Shown: positions 18,849-27,506 of the stretch, piece after piece
Numbering within the stretch: the first letter of the stretch is position 1
How the letters are laid out: each line of letters opens with the position of its first letter
The notes under the pieces: model-generated
What the model was told of the DNA's origin: nothing
Seen by the model: the letters and a program-made list of their open reading frames with translations, nothing else
Database searches by the model: none
Origin: Eubacteriales bacterium
GTDB taxonomy: Bacteria; Bacillota; Clostridia; Oscillospirales; CAG-272
DNA length: 64,000 bases
Assembly (NCBI GenBank): GCA_034101145.1
Contig: JAXEKG010000002.1
Location: forward strand, 12,604-76,603
Direction: 5' to 3'
Program-made: the position numbers and the translations under genes

Positions 18849-20072
18849 TTATTTAAGCGCGAAAAGCGAAAGGACTTCGCTCTCGTTTATTTTTGAGCCT
18901 ATGATACATATCTTTCCTATAACGTCCGCACTTCCGTCACGCACGTCAGGCTCCCCGGGTACGTAATCGAAATGTATCCATTCATCGGAATCCAACGAAG
19001 CAACAACCCCCTTGGCACGAAGTATCACTCCGTATTTTTCCGAATCGATTAGCTGTTCGAGTGCAAACCTTATCTCATCCTTCGTGTATTTGCGCATGGT
19101 TTCTCTGCCGACGCTGACAAACACCTCGTCTGCGTGATGATGGTGATGATGCCCATGGCAACACTCGTCCTCATCATCATGATGGTGCTCATGGCAACAC
19201 TCGTCCTCATCATCGTGATGATCCCCATGGCAACACTCGTCCTCATCATCGTGATGATGCCCATGGCAACACTCGTCCTCATCATCATGATGGTGTTCAT
19301 GGCAACACTCGTCCTCATCATCGTGATGGTGACCGTGACAACATTCATCGTCGTCATCGTGATGGTGACCGTGACAACATTCATCATCGTCATCGTCCTC
19401 GTGATGGTGTTCATGGTGATGCCCACATATAGGGCACACCTCTTCATTTTTGAGTCTCTCCAGCTCATCGCCCAGAGTTGATTTTTCTTCCATAGCGGCA
19501 AGTATCTGCTTACCGGTAAGCTGTACAAGGGGCGTCGCTATTATAACAGCTGTCGGATTATGCTCACGAAGAAGCTCGATGCACTCGCGGACCTTTTCAT
19601 CGCTCGCTTTGTCGACATGGCTTACTATGATTGCCGAGGCGTTTTCTATCTGATTGTTGAAGAATTCGCCGAAATTCTTCATATACATTTTGCACTTGTT
19701 TGCGTCGACGACGGTTGTAAAAGAATTAAGCTCTGCATTTGCATTGTTTGCATTTTGAACGGCATGAATAACGTCGCTCAGTTTACCGACGCCTGATGGC
19801 TCAATTATAACTCTGTCGGGTGAGAACTTCTCTATTACGTCACAAAGAGCACGGCTGAAATCGCCGACAAGACTGCAACAGATACAACCGGAATTCATCT
19901 CTGTTATCTGTATTCCGCTGTCCTTCAGAAAACCGCCGTCAATTCCTATCTCCCCGAACTCGTTTTCTATGAGAACAACTTTTTCGGAGGAATACGCCTC
20001 TTTCAGCATTTTCTTTATAACGGTGGTCTTGCCCGCTCCGAGAAATCCGGAAAAAATATCGATTTTTGCCAT
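18849..20072 (-). CDS. COG0523 (CobW/ZigA/YciC-type) G3E metallochaperone GTPase with a giant Cys/His/Asp repeat linker
   Basis: GFLGAGKTT Walker A, NSGCICCS (the CxCC motif), IIEPSGVG, and a C-terminal CobW_C-like domain (RAKGVV...WIHFDYV). The linker is the repeat tract listed next. Confidence 0.9.
   Translation of the reverse strand: MAKIDIFSGFLGAGKTTVIKKMLKEAYSSEKVVLIENEFGEIGIDGGFLKDSGIQITEMNSGCICCSLVGDFSRALCDVIEKFSPDRVIIEPSGVGKLSDVIHAVQNANNANAELNSFTTVVDANKCKMYMKNFGEFFNNQIENASAIIVSHVDKASDEKVRECIELLREHNPTAVIIATPLVQLTGKQILAAMEEKSTLGDELERLKNEEVCPICGHHHEHHHEDDDDDECCHGHHHDDDDECCHGHHHDDEDECCHEHHHDDEDECCHGHHHDDEDECCHGDHHDDEDECCHEHHHDDEDECCHGHHHHHHADEVFVSVGRETMRKYTKDEIRFALEQLIDSEKYGVILRAKGVVASLDSDEWIHFDYVPGEPDVRDGSADVIGKICIIGSKINESEVLSLFALK
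19154..19405. repeat. Seven head-to-tail 36-bp tandem repeats, in frame within the COG0523 CDS
   Basis: Plus-strand units start at 19154, 19190, 19226, 19262, 19298, 19334 and 19370. The first five share the identical 25-nt core catggcaacactcgtcctcatcatc. The last two are a diverged subtype, cgtgacaacattcatc. Confidence 0.95.
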
Positions 20073-20209
20073 TATATAAGCACTTCCTCAATTATTATAT
20101 TTTATTATATATAAGTATAGCATAAGTGAGAGAAAAGTCAAGACATTGAGTTTAATTTACGCTAACTTAAAACCGCTCGGTTTTATGATATTGTGAAATC
20201 TGTAGAATA

Positions 20210-22417
20210 TCAGTCGGTTTTTCTCAACATATCCGAGAGATTTGTGTATCGAACGTTTACGGAATTATTATCAACCATTTTTTTGAGCACTTCATATCGC
20301 CCTACGAGAATAACCATTTTCTTTGCGCGTGTAATACCCGTATAAAGCATATTGCGGGTAAGAAGCAAGGAAGGAGCATCGCCCAAAGGAATAATTATAA
20401 CGGGATATTCGCTTCCCTGGCTCTTATGAATCGTTATGGCATATGCCAGCTCAATTTCCTCAAGCATTGCCACATCATATTCGGCAACTCTGCCGTCGAA
20501 AGAAACGGTTGTTTTCTGTGTTTTCCCGTCTATTGCAGTGATGATGCCTATATCGCCGTTGAAAACACCCGAGCCTGATATACCTCCCTTGTTCCATTCA
20601 ATATCATAATTGTTTTTAATCTGCATAACTCTATCCCCTTCTCGGAAGAGCTTGGAGCCGAAGCGGATTTCGTTTTTTTCTGTTGCGGGAGGGTTGACTT
20701 TGTTCTGAAGTGTAGGATTCAAAGCATCCGTACCGGCCACACCTTTTTTTGAAGGCGTTATAATCTGGATATTCTCCCTGATTTGTTCGCCGTAAGTCCT
20801 CGGCAGGCGTGAGGTTACGAGGGATACTACGGTTGTTACTATATCCTTGCCACTCTCACGGGGAAGATAAAAAAAGTCAGACGATTTATTGTTAAGTATC
20901 GGAATTTCACCTCTGTTTATGAGGTGAGCGTTATGAGTAATAAGGCTCTTATCGGACTGTCGCCAAATATGATTCAGTTTAATGGTATTAAATCTGTCTG
21001 ATAAAATCAGGTCGGACAGAACGTTGCCTGCTCCGACCGAGGGCAGCTGATCGGAATCCCCGATAAATATAAGCCTGGTCCCCCTGCGTGTAGCGCGCAG
21101 TAAAGCTGAGCATAGAAAGACGTCTATCATCGACGCCTCGTCTATTATTATAACGTTCTCGTCTATCGGATTGAACTCGTTTCTGTTGAAGCGCGGATAT
21201 GTGTTCTCCGTTTTTTCCATCTCAAGCATGCGGTGTATTGTTTTGGCTTCTTCAGCGGTTGCCTCAGACATTCTCATAGCTGCACGTCCTGTCGGCGCAC
21301 ACAATACGGTTTTCAGACCTACGGACTGACATATACGCATAATAGCGCGCACAACGGTTGTTTTACCTGTTCCCGGGCCGCCCGTGATGATAAGGACACC
21401 ACCGCCGAGTGCCTCAAAAATCGCACGTCTCTGAGTATTGTCATACTCAATATCAAACTCAGCTTCAATTTGTGACGTGAGCGCCTCAATATCCTCTTTT
21501 TTCAATCTGTCAACAGACTTATCAAGCAAAATAAGCTTTTTGGCAATTACGGTTTCAGCCTCATATGTGGAAGCGGAATAAACATACTCAGTTTTTTCGT
21601 CAGAGTAGGAGAAAAGGGCGCCCGACGAAATTTTGTCGGATATGGTTTTATCTATAAGCTCGGGGGACGTGTTTATTGATTTTGCAACGGCTTCGCACAA
21701 AATATCTCTCGGAATACACGTATGCCCGGAAACGTTCTGCTCACGCAGAAGAATACTCTTAACTGCTGAAAAAAACCGTGTATCAGAGGACTCGTTAAAG
21801 CCCATTGACAGTGCTATCTCATCCGCTCTCTCAAAGGAGATTCCCTCAACCTCATCGCAAAGAACGTATGGATTTTCTTTTATGATACCGACAGCCCCCG
21901 GACCGAGTCTTTTATATATTTTGTTTACAGTTACGGTACCGAACCAATCGCCGCAAAACATCATAACGTCGCGCATAGCGCTGATTTGCTCAAAGGATTT
22001 TGATATTGAGGCCGCTTTCTTCATCGTTATACCCGGGATTTCAGCGAGCCATTGCGGATGGTTTTCTATAACGTCAAAGGTGTCCTTGCCGTACTTGGCG
22101 ATAATTTTTGCGGCTGTAGAGGGTCCGAGGCCCTTTATTGCATGAGATGACAGAAATTTCAGCATGGCAGAGAGCGTTTTCGGCATACTTTTTTCAATAC
22201 GGTTGACGCTAAACTGCTTTCCAAAATCCTTGTGGCTGGTATATTCCCCGTAGAGTGTTACCCCCTCACCCTCGCAAATATAAGGCATTATACCTACAGC
22301 AGTAATGAATTTTCCGTCGTCAGTCTCAACGTCAATGACGGCATAGTCGGTCACGTCGTTGTAATACACTACCTCCTCCACGCTTCCGCAGAGTTTGATT
22401 TCATCTGCCATAGGCAC
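20210..22417 (-). CDS. recD2: SF1B ATP-dependent DNA helicase, RecD2 type
   Basis: 735 aa. Walker A ITGGPGTGKTT; IIIDEASM; C-terminal AYAITIHKSQGSEYP and LLYTGITRAKK. RBS AAGGAGG. Confidence 0.92.
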   Translation of the reverse strand: MPMADEIKLCGSVEEVVYYNDVTDYAVIDVETDDGKFITAVGIMPYICEGEGVTLYGEYTSHKDFGKQFSVNRIEKSMPKTLSAMLKFLSSHAIKGLGPSTAAKIIAKYGKDTFDVIENHPQWLAEIPGITMKKAASISKSFEQISAMRDVMMFCGDWFGTVTVNKIYKRLGPGAVGIIKENPYVLCDEVEGISFERADEIALSMGFNESSDTRFFSAVKSILLREQNVSGHTCIPRDILCEAVAKSINTSPELIDKTISDKISSGALFSYSDEKTEYVYSASTYEAETVIAKKLILLDKSVDRLKKEDIEALTSQIEAEFDIEYDNTQRRAIFEALGGGVLIITGGPGTGKTTVVRAIMRICQSVGLKTVLCAPTGRAAMRMSEATAEEAKTIHRMLEMEKTENTYPRFNRNEFNPIDENVIIIDEASMIDVFLCSALLRATRRGTRLIFIGDSDQLPSVGAGNVLSDLILSDRFNTIKLNHIWRQSDKSLITHNAHLINRGEIPILNNKSSDFFYLPRESGKDIVTTVVSLVTSRLPRTYGEQIRENIQIITPSKKGVAGTDALNPTLQNKVNPPATEKNEIRFGSKLFREGDRVMQIKNNYDIEWNKGGISGSGVFNGDIGIITAIDGKTQKTTVSFDGRVAEYDVAMLEEIELAYAITIHKSQGSEYPVIIIPLGDAPSLLLTRNMLYTGITRAKKMVILVGRYEVLKKMVDNNSVNVRYTNLSDMLRKTD

Positions 22418-22486
22418 ACCTCCTTTTTGGTATCATTTAAGTAACGGTTGTAATGCCTACAACCGTTTGTTTTGCATCACAACCGT

Positions 22487-23674
22487 TTATTTATTCAATA
22501 GTTTTTCGAGGATAGGTACTAAATCGCATTTTTCCCACGGAGCATTCAAATCTTCTCTGCCCATATGTCCGTATGCGGCAAAATCCTTGTATATAGGACG
22601 ACGCAGATCAAAACGTTTTATAATAGCCGCAGGGCGCAAATCAACGAGCGAGAGTACACACTCGGAAATCTTTTCTTCCGCAACTTTTGCCGTGTCAAAA
22701 GTATCAATCATAACCGATACGGGCCTTGCAACTCCAATCGCGTAGGCTATCTGAACCTCGCACTTATCGGCAAGTCCTGCCTTGACTATATTCTTCGCTA
22801 CGTAGCGCGCCGCATATGAAGCTGAACGGTCAACCTTCGTCGGGTCCTTGCCGGAAAATGCTCCGCCGCCGTGTCTGGAATATCCGCCGTAGGTATCAAC
22901 TATAATCTTTCTGCCTGTAAGCCCCGTGTCTCCCTGCGGTCCTCCTACAACGAAACGTCCCGTCGGATTGACGTAAATCTTTGTTTTATCATCCAAGAGT
23001 TCCTCGGGGATAATCGGCTCTATAACTTCTTTGATTATATCCTTTCTTATGGTATCAAGAGATACGTCGGCGCTGTGCTGAGACGATATAACGACGGCCT
23101 CTATTCTCTTCGGCTTATCGTTTTCGTATTCGACGGTAACCTGGCTTTTTCCGTCGGGTCTGAGGTAGGGAAGCAGTCCGCTCTTGCGGACCTCGGTCAG
23201 GCGCTTTGCAAGCTTATGTGCAAGAGAAATGGGAAGAGGCATAAGCTCGGTGGTTTCATTGCAGGCATATCCGAACATAAGTCCCTGGTCTCCTGCTCCC
23301 GTATCAAGCTCGTCCTTCATTTCTCCGTCCTTCGCTTCAAGGCATTTGTCAACACCCAGAGCAATATCGGGAGACTGCTCATGGATTGACGTAAGAACGG
23401 CACACGTATGGCAGTCGAAACCGTACTTTGCACGGTCGTACCCTATCTCTTCAACCGTCTTTCTGACGATGCTCGGAATATCGACGTAGCTTTCCGTCGT
23501 TATCTCTCCCATAACCGTAATAACGCCCGTGGTTGCGAAGGTCTCACAGGCAACGCGTGAATTCGGATCACGGCGAAGCATCTCGTCGAGTATTGCGTCA
23601 GATATTTTGTCACACATTTTGTCGGGATGTCCCTCGGTTACGGACTCCGACGTAAAAAGATAATTTTTGCTCAT
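22487..23674 (-). CDS. metK: S-adenosylmethionine synthase
   Basis: [28 protein letters not shown]. Start moved to ATG 23674, which has RBS AAGGAG. Confidence 0.97.
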   Translation of the reverse strand: MSKNYLFTSESVTEGHPDKMCDKISDAILDEMLRRDPNSRVACETFATTGVITVMGEITTESYVDIPSIVRKTVEEIGYDRAKYGFDCHTCAVLTSIHEQSPDIALGVDKCLEAKDGEMKDELDTGAGDQGLMFGYACNETTELMPLPISLAHKLAKRLTEVRKSGLLPYLRPDGKSQVTVEYENDKPKRIEAVVISSQHSADVSLDTIRKDIIKEVIEPIIPEELLDDKTKIYVNPTGRFVVGGPQGDTGLTGRKIIVDTYGGYSRHGGGAFSGKDPTKVDRSASYAARYVAKNIVKAGLADKCEVQIAYAIGVARPVSVMIDTFDTAKVAEEKISECVLSLVDLRPAAIIKRFDLRRPIYKDFAAYGHMGREDLNAPWEKCDLVPILEKLLNK

Positions 23675-23764
23675 TTTATTTGCTCCTTTTTGCCTTTTCA
23701 AAACTGCAGATTGCCAAGCAATTTAACGTAAAAGATATACGCACGGACGATTCTCCACGATAAA

Positions 23765-23895
23765 TTCAAAACCCGGGCTAAGCGCCCGGGTCCTCAGATA
23801 TGAATCTCATCTCTTAGGAATTAGCACCTTGTATCGTAAAGATACAGGTTGCCGGGTTTCATAGGGCCAGTCCCTCCGCCGCTCTTGATAAGGTT
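23765..23895 (-). promoter_or_regulatory. SAM-I (S-box) riboswitch with terminator expression platform, upstream of metK
   Basis: The minus strand reads CTTATCAAGAGCGGCGGAGGGACTGGCCCTATGAAACCCGGCAACC...GGTGCTAATTCC, which is close to the S-box consensus. It is followed by the hairpin GACCCGGGCGCTTAGCCCGGGTTTTG. Confidence 0.9.
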
Positions 23896-23912
23896 ATTTA
23901 ATTTACTATGAA

Positions 23913-23941
23913 AGTATAACATATACTTTTCGGTTTTGCAA
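23913..23941 (-). promoter_or_regulatory. Sigma-A type promoter driving the SAM riboswitch and metK
   Basis: The minus strand reads TTGCAA, a 17-nt spacer, then TATACT, about 20 nt upstream of the riboswitch P1 start. Confidence 0.55.
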
Positions 23942-24008
23942 TACCTTTGTCGAAATTTTTCTTATATTGTAAATTTACTTTTGGGTTTGCTCAAAAATTC
24001 CTGATAGA

Positions 24009-24653
24009 TCAGCCTCTCAAAGCCTTTATTGTTGCGGCAATGTCCGAGGAACGGAAAACAGCCGAACCCGCGACGAGAACGTCGGCACCTGCATCTCTGG
24101 CGAGAGAAGCGTTATTCTCGTTTATTCCGCCGTCTACTTCAAGGTAAGCATCAATTCCCCGACGGCTCATCTCTTCCCTTATTGTTTTTACCTTATCCAG
24201 AGTCTCGGGTATGAGCGACTGTCCGCCAAAGCCCGGTTCTACGGTCATTACAAGAATGAGATCACACATATCCAGATATGGAAAGACTGCGCTTGCGGGT
24301 GTTTTCGGCTTTATCGAAAGCCCGACCTTTTTGCCCGTGCTTTTAATTGCCGCGATGGTTGCGGCAACGTCATTTGCAGCTTCCAGGTGGAAGGTTATAA
24401 GGTCGGCTCCTGCTTGAGCAAACCTCGATACATAGTGTATGGGCTCTTCTATCATAAGATGAACGTCAAAGAAAATATCGCTCTCTTTTCTGATGCCGGC
24501 AATGACGGGTATACCAAAACTGATATTATTAACAAATTTACCGTCCATAACGTCAAGATGTGCGAAGTCTGCACCTGCATTCTTTATTCGTCGAAGCTCC
24601 TCTCCCATTTTACCGAAATCGCATGAAAGAAGCGACGGAGAAATTTTTATCAT
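24009..24653 (-). CDS. rpe: Ribulose-phosphate 3-epimerase
   Basis: ISPSLLSCDF, HLDVMDGKFV and MTVEPGFGGQ motifs. Start moved to ATG 24653, which has RBS GGAGG. Confidence 0.93.
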   Translation of the reverse strand: MIKISPSLLSCDFGKMGEELRRIKNAGADFAHLDVMDGKFVNNISFGIPVIAGIRKESDIFFDVHLMIEEPIHYVSRFAQAGADLITFHLEAANDVAATIAAIKSTGKKVGLSIKPKTPASAVFPYLDMCDLILVMTVEPGFGGQSLIPETLDKVKTIREEMSRRGIDAYLEVDGGINENNASLARDAGADVLVAGSAVFRSSDIAATIKALRG

Positions 24654-25002
24654 TTTTCTACCTCCAAAACAAGTTGCTTTTATATAATTCGTCTTCTTTA
24701 TAAAAAATAAGCCGATATTTTGCATTTGAGTGTAACACATCGAATGTAGCAGGGCAAAAAAGGTTCCATATTATGATAATAGGCACGAAAAATCCGTATC
24801 CTCAGCCGTCATAAGATAAGTAAAAAACAGGAAGTTGTCATTGTGCCGGGACGGCAAAAGATACTGTAAGGGGCAATCGATGATAAGGGGCGCATCCGAA
24901 AACTCGGATTGACAACAGCCATTTCACGATTGTCCTGTGATTTTATGTCGGATATATTGTTGCAAAAACGCGTTGCCGTTTCCCTTCAATGAATCGAGAT
25001 TA

Positions 25003-25479
25003 TCAGCATGACTCAATCAAGGCGACTGCGTGGGCTGATATTCCCTCTTCTCTTCCTGAAAATCCGAGATGCTCCTCTGTGGTTGCTTTTACGTTAACTC
25101 TGTCCTCGGTTATCCCGAGAGTGTCGGCAATATTTTTTCTCATCTGAAAAATATACTCCGAGAGCTTCGGCTTCTGCGCTATTATCGTTGAGTCCAGGTT
25201 TACTATATCATAACCCTTTGATTTAAGTATATCTCGAACGCTCGCCAGAAGTGTCAGACTTGATATACCCTTGAATTTTTCGTCGGTGTCGGGAAAATGC
25301 CCTCCTATGTCGCCCTCTGCTGCCGCCCCGAGAAGTGCGTCCATAATTGCGTGTACCAGAACATCGGCGTCGGAATGACCGAGAAGCCCGAGACGGTGAG
25401 GAATTTTGACTCCGCCCAGTATCAGTTCTCTCCCCTCAACCAATCGGTGAACATCATATCCGTGTCCTACTCTAATCAT
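25003..25479 (-). CDS. ispF: 2-C-methyl-D-erythritol 2,4-cyclodiphosphate synthase
   Basis: [12 protein letters not shown] and [11 protein letters not shown] motifs. Overlaps ispD by 8 nt. Confidence 0.95.
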   Translation of the reverse strand: MIRVGHGYDVHRLVEGRELILGGVKIPHRLGLLGHSDADVLVHAIMDALLGAAAEGDIGGHFPDTDEKFKGISSLTLLASVRDILKSKGYDIVNLDSTIIAQKPKLSEYIFQMRKNIADTLGITEDRVNVKATTEEHLGFSGREEGISAHAVALIESC

Positions 25480-26293
25480 TGTCCGTAACCTCTCGTTTAC
25501 TCTTCGGTTTTTGTTCCGATGCTTTTTCAGATTTTTTCTCGCTTCTTCTCTTCAATATCGCTTCGGCGCGGGCTATATCGTCGGGGTTTGTTATTTTGAA
25601 ATTTTCGCTGCCGCAGTTAACGGCACGTATCTTCTGTCCTATCCGTTCTGCCAACATATTATCATCGGTAACGGAAATGCCTTTTTTCAGAGCTGTATAG
25701 GCGCATGCGCGGTAGAGATCGCATCCGAAGACCTGCGGTGTCTCTGCGAGTACAAGCTCCTCTCTGTCAACGGTTGATGATATATATCCGTTCTTATCGA
25801 TTTTCTTTACGGTATCTACGACACTGCCGACCGCGCTTGCCGCACCGCAAGCATATGCCGCAGCCACGACGTCGGATATCATACTTTCCGTTACGCATGC
25901 CCGCGCGGCATCATGAATAGCGACGAATTTACAGTCGGGCGATATCGCTTCGAAGCCTGCCAGAGCCGATAGCTGTCTTGTGCTTCCTCCGGATACTATC
26001 CCTTTGATTTTTTCAATATTGTAAAAATCGGTTATGTGCTTTATCTCGGGAATTTCCTCACGTCTGCAAACAATGATTATCTCGTCGATATACGGAGAGA
26101 GGGCGAACTCCTTCACCGATTTCATAAACAAGGGTTCTCCGAGAAGTCTGATGAGTTGCTTTGTTTTATCGGAATTCATCCTCGTGCCTAAACCTGCGGC
26201 AAGAATGAGAGCCGCGGTTTTCGGCTTCTTTTTTCCCGTAAGTGCACGTATGACTTTACATATTTTATTGGTAACGCTCATATCACCCTTCAT
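25472..26293 (-). CDS. ispD: 2-C-methyl-D-erythritol 4-phosphate cytidylyltransferase, with a Lys/Ser/Glu-rich C-terminal tail
   Basis: [13 protein letters not shown] and the VAIHDAARA block. About 35 extra charged residues at the C-terminus ([21 protein letters not shown]). Confidence 0.92.
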   Translation of the reverse strand: MKGDMSVTNKICKVIRALTGKKKPKTAALILAAGLGTRMNSDKTKQLIRLLGEPLFMKSVKEFALSPYIDEIIIVCRREEIPEIKHITDFYNIEKIKGIVSGGSTRQLSALAGFEAISPDCKFVAIHDAARACVTESMISDVVAAAYACGAASAVGSVVDTVKKIDKNGYISSTVDREELVLAETPQVFGCDLYRACAYTALKKGISVTDDNMLAERIGQKIRAVNCGSENFKITNPDDIARAEAILKRRSEKKSEKASEQKPKSKREVTDND

Positions 26294-26348
26294 CCTTTAA
26301 TCTCCGGTTATTTTCGAACGCATTGCAAAGCTGCAAAAACATATGATT

Positions 26349-26681
26349 CTATTTTCTGTAGTATACAAAATAAGCGGTAATCGTGGTTACTTCTCCACCT
26401 CGTTCGAGATTAGGCGCTTTTAAGATAACGCCGTCGCCCGAAAGAAGATAGCTCGCGTCGAGTTTATCCACTTTTGCACGAAAAATTACTTTGTCCGACG
26501 TGAAAACGATAAAGTCTTTTTTATCGAGAATAAGCGAGCCTCCTCTGCCGACAACGTTATCGTTATCGTCTATACGCTCTGTCACGTATCTGATTGCAAG
26601 ACCGTTAAGCTCCTTGGCACGCTCACGTCTGAAAGCAACCGTGCCGAATTTATTTTTTCCGATTCCGAGAAAGTGAAACAT
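26349..26681 (-). CDS. Hypothetical protein, 110 aa
   Basis: Clean ORF with RBS GGAG and normal codon usage. No motif I can assign. Confidence 0.55.
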   Translation of the reverse strand: MFHFLGIGKNKFGTVAFRRERAKELNGLAIRYVTERIDDNDNVVGRGGSLILDKKDFIVFTSDKVIFRAKVDKLDASYLLSGDGVILKAPNLERGGEVTTITAYFVYYRK

Positions 26682-26903
26682 TTTCCGACTCCGTCTGTAT
26701 TATCGCCCGTTTTCTTTTCAATTCAGGCTATAAATGTATTTTATCATATTTTATACGTAAATGGAAGTAGAAAAGCAAATTTTATTCAAGCAGCATTCGA
26801 ACCATGTGTTAACAAAAAGTTTACAATTTCGTTTTTTCTCTTATGTAATGCCTGAAAAAAGCGAAAAATGTCGAAATTTTCAAAAGAAATATTAAAAAAA
26901 GTC

Positions 26904-26932
26904 TTGATTATTTCCAAACGGCGTATTATAAT
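26904..26932 (+). promoter_or_regulatory. Sigma-A type promoter of the dcw cluster (Pmra)
   Basis: TTGATT (26904-26909), a 17-nt spacer, then TATAAT (26927-26932), about 150 nt upstream of mraZ. Confidence 0.6.
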
Positions 26933-26940
26933 TTATTTAC

Positions 26941-26990
26941 TCGGTGGTGGATTGTGTCCCGAAATGTTCTAAAGTGGTGCAAAAGTGATT
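26941..26990 (+). promoter_or_regulatory. Candidate MraZ operator: GTG-box direct repeats with roughly 10-bp periodicity
   Basis: GTGG at 26944, GTGT at 26954, TGT at 26965, GTGG at 26974 (AAAGTGG) and GTGA at 26985 (AAAGTGA). They sit immediately downstream of the -10 element. Confidence 0.4.
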
Positions 26991-27081
26991 GAAAACACCT
27001 CAAAATACAAGAAACCAATTGAATTCATCCTTTGATGCAAAAACATAACTCCGAGGAAAGACGAAGAAAGGAGAGATACGC

Positions 27082-27501
27082 ATGGCATTCTACGGCAAAT
27101 ATTCGCACGGTTTAGATGCAAAAAACCGACTTTTCATACCTGCGAAATATCGTCCCGAGCTTGGCGACGTATTCTATATTGTACCGTCATGTGTAGACTC
27201 TCATCTTATGATTTATACCCAGAGCAGATGGGACAGGCTGATAGCCGACCTCAACGCTCACCCGGACGCAAAGGTTGAAAAGCTTCGCCGTTTCTTCTTC
27301 TCAAAAAGTATTGACGTAAGCTGTGATACTCACGGAAGAATAATTCTTTCACCCGAGCTTATAGAATACGCAAAAATCAAAAAAGGCACGATAATATCAG
27401 GCATGGGCGATTACGCCGAGATATGGTCAGAGGAGCTTTGGAAAGAAAAAGTCGAGACTGTGGATCTTGACGAGCTTCGCGATATCTATGCGGAGCTGTA
27501 A
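27082..27501 (+). CDS. mraZ: Transcriptional regulator MraZ
   Basis: HGLDAKNRLFIPAKYR and the second SpoVT/AbrB-like half (DTHGRIILSPELIEYA). Confidence 0.95.
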   Translation: MAFYGKYSHGLDAKNRLFIPAKYRPELGDVFYIVPSCVDSHLMIYTQSRWDRLIADLNAHPDAKVEKLRRFFFSKSIDVSCDTHGRIILSPELIEYAKIKKGTIISGMGDYAEIWSEELWKEKVETVDLDELRDIYAEL

Positions 27502-27506
27502 AAGCT

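Noticed and set aside
19070-19528. 152-aa (minus) and 115-aa (plus, 19134-19481) ORFs across the His/Cys repeat
   Set aside because: They are alternative-frame shadows of the 36-bp repeat inside the COG0523 CDS. The periodic MMRTSVAM and MATLVLII peptides lack an RBS and any flanking domain.
20073-20209. Zur-box type palindrome upstream of the COG0523 operon
   Set aside because: The AT-rich segment after the candidate -10 (TATATATAATAAAATATAATAATT on the minus strand) is not a clean inverted repeat. It does not match the TCGTAAT-N-ATTACGA Zur core. The question needs a proper position-weight-matrix search.
24654-25002. Possible SRP RNA, 6S RNA or known riboswitch in the ispF-rpe spacer (GTGCCGGGA recalls the 4.5S RNA 3' side)
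   Set aside because: The conserved SRP domain IV motif (GGAAG..AGCA around a GNRA loop) is absent. I also could not match TPP, SAM, c-di-AMP/GMP, ZTP, THF, Mn, fluoride or guanidine consensus cores. It is kept only as an unclassified structured candidate.
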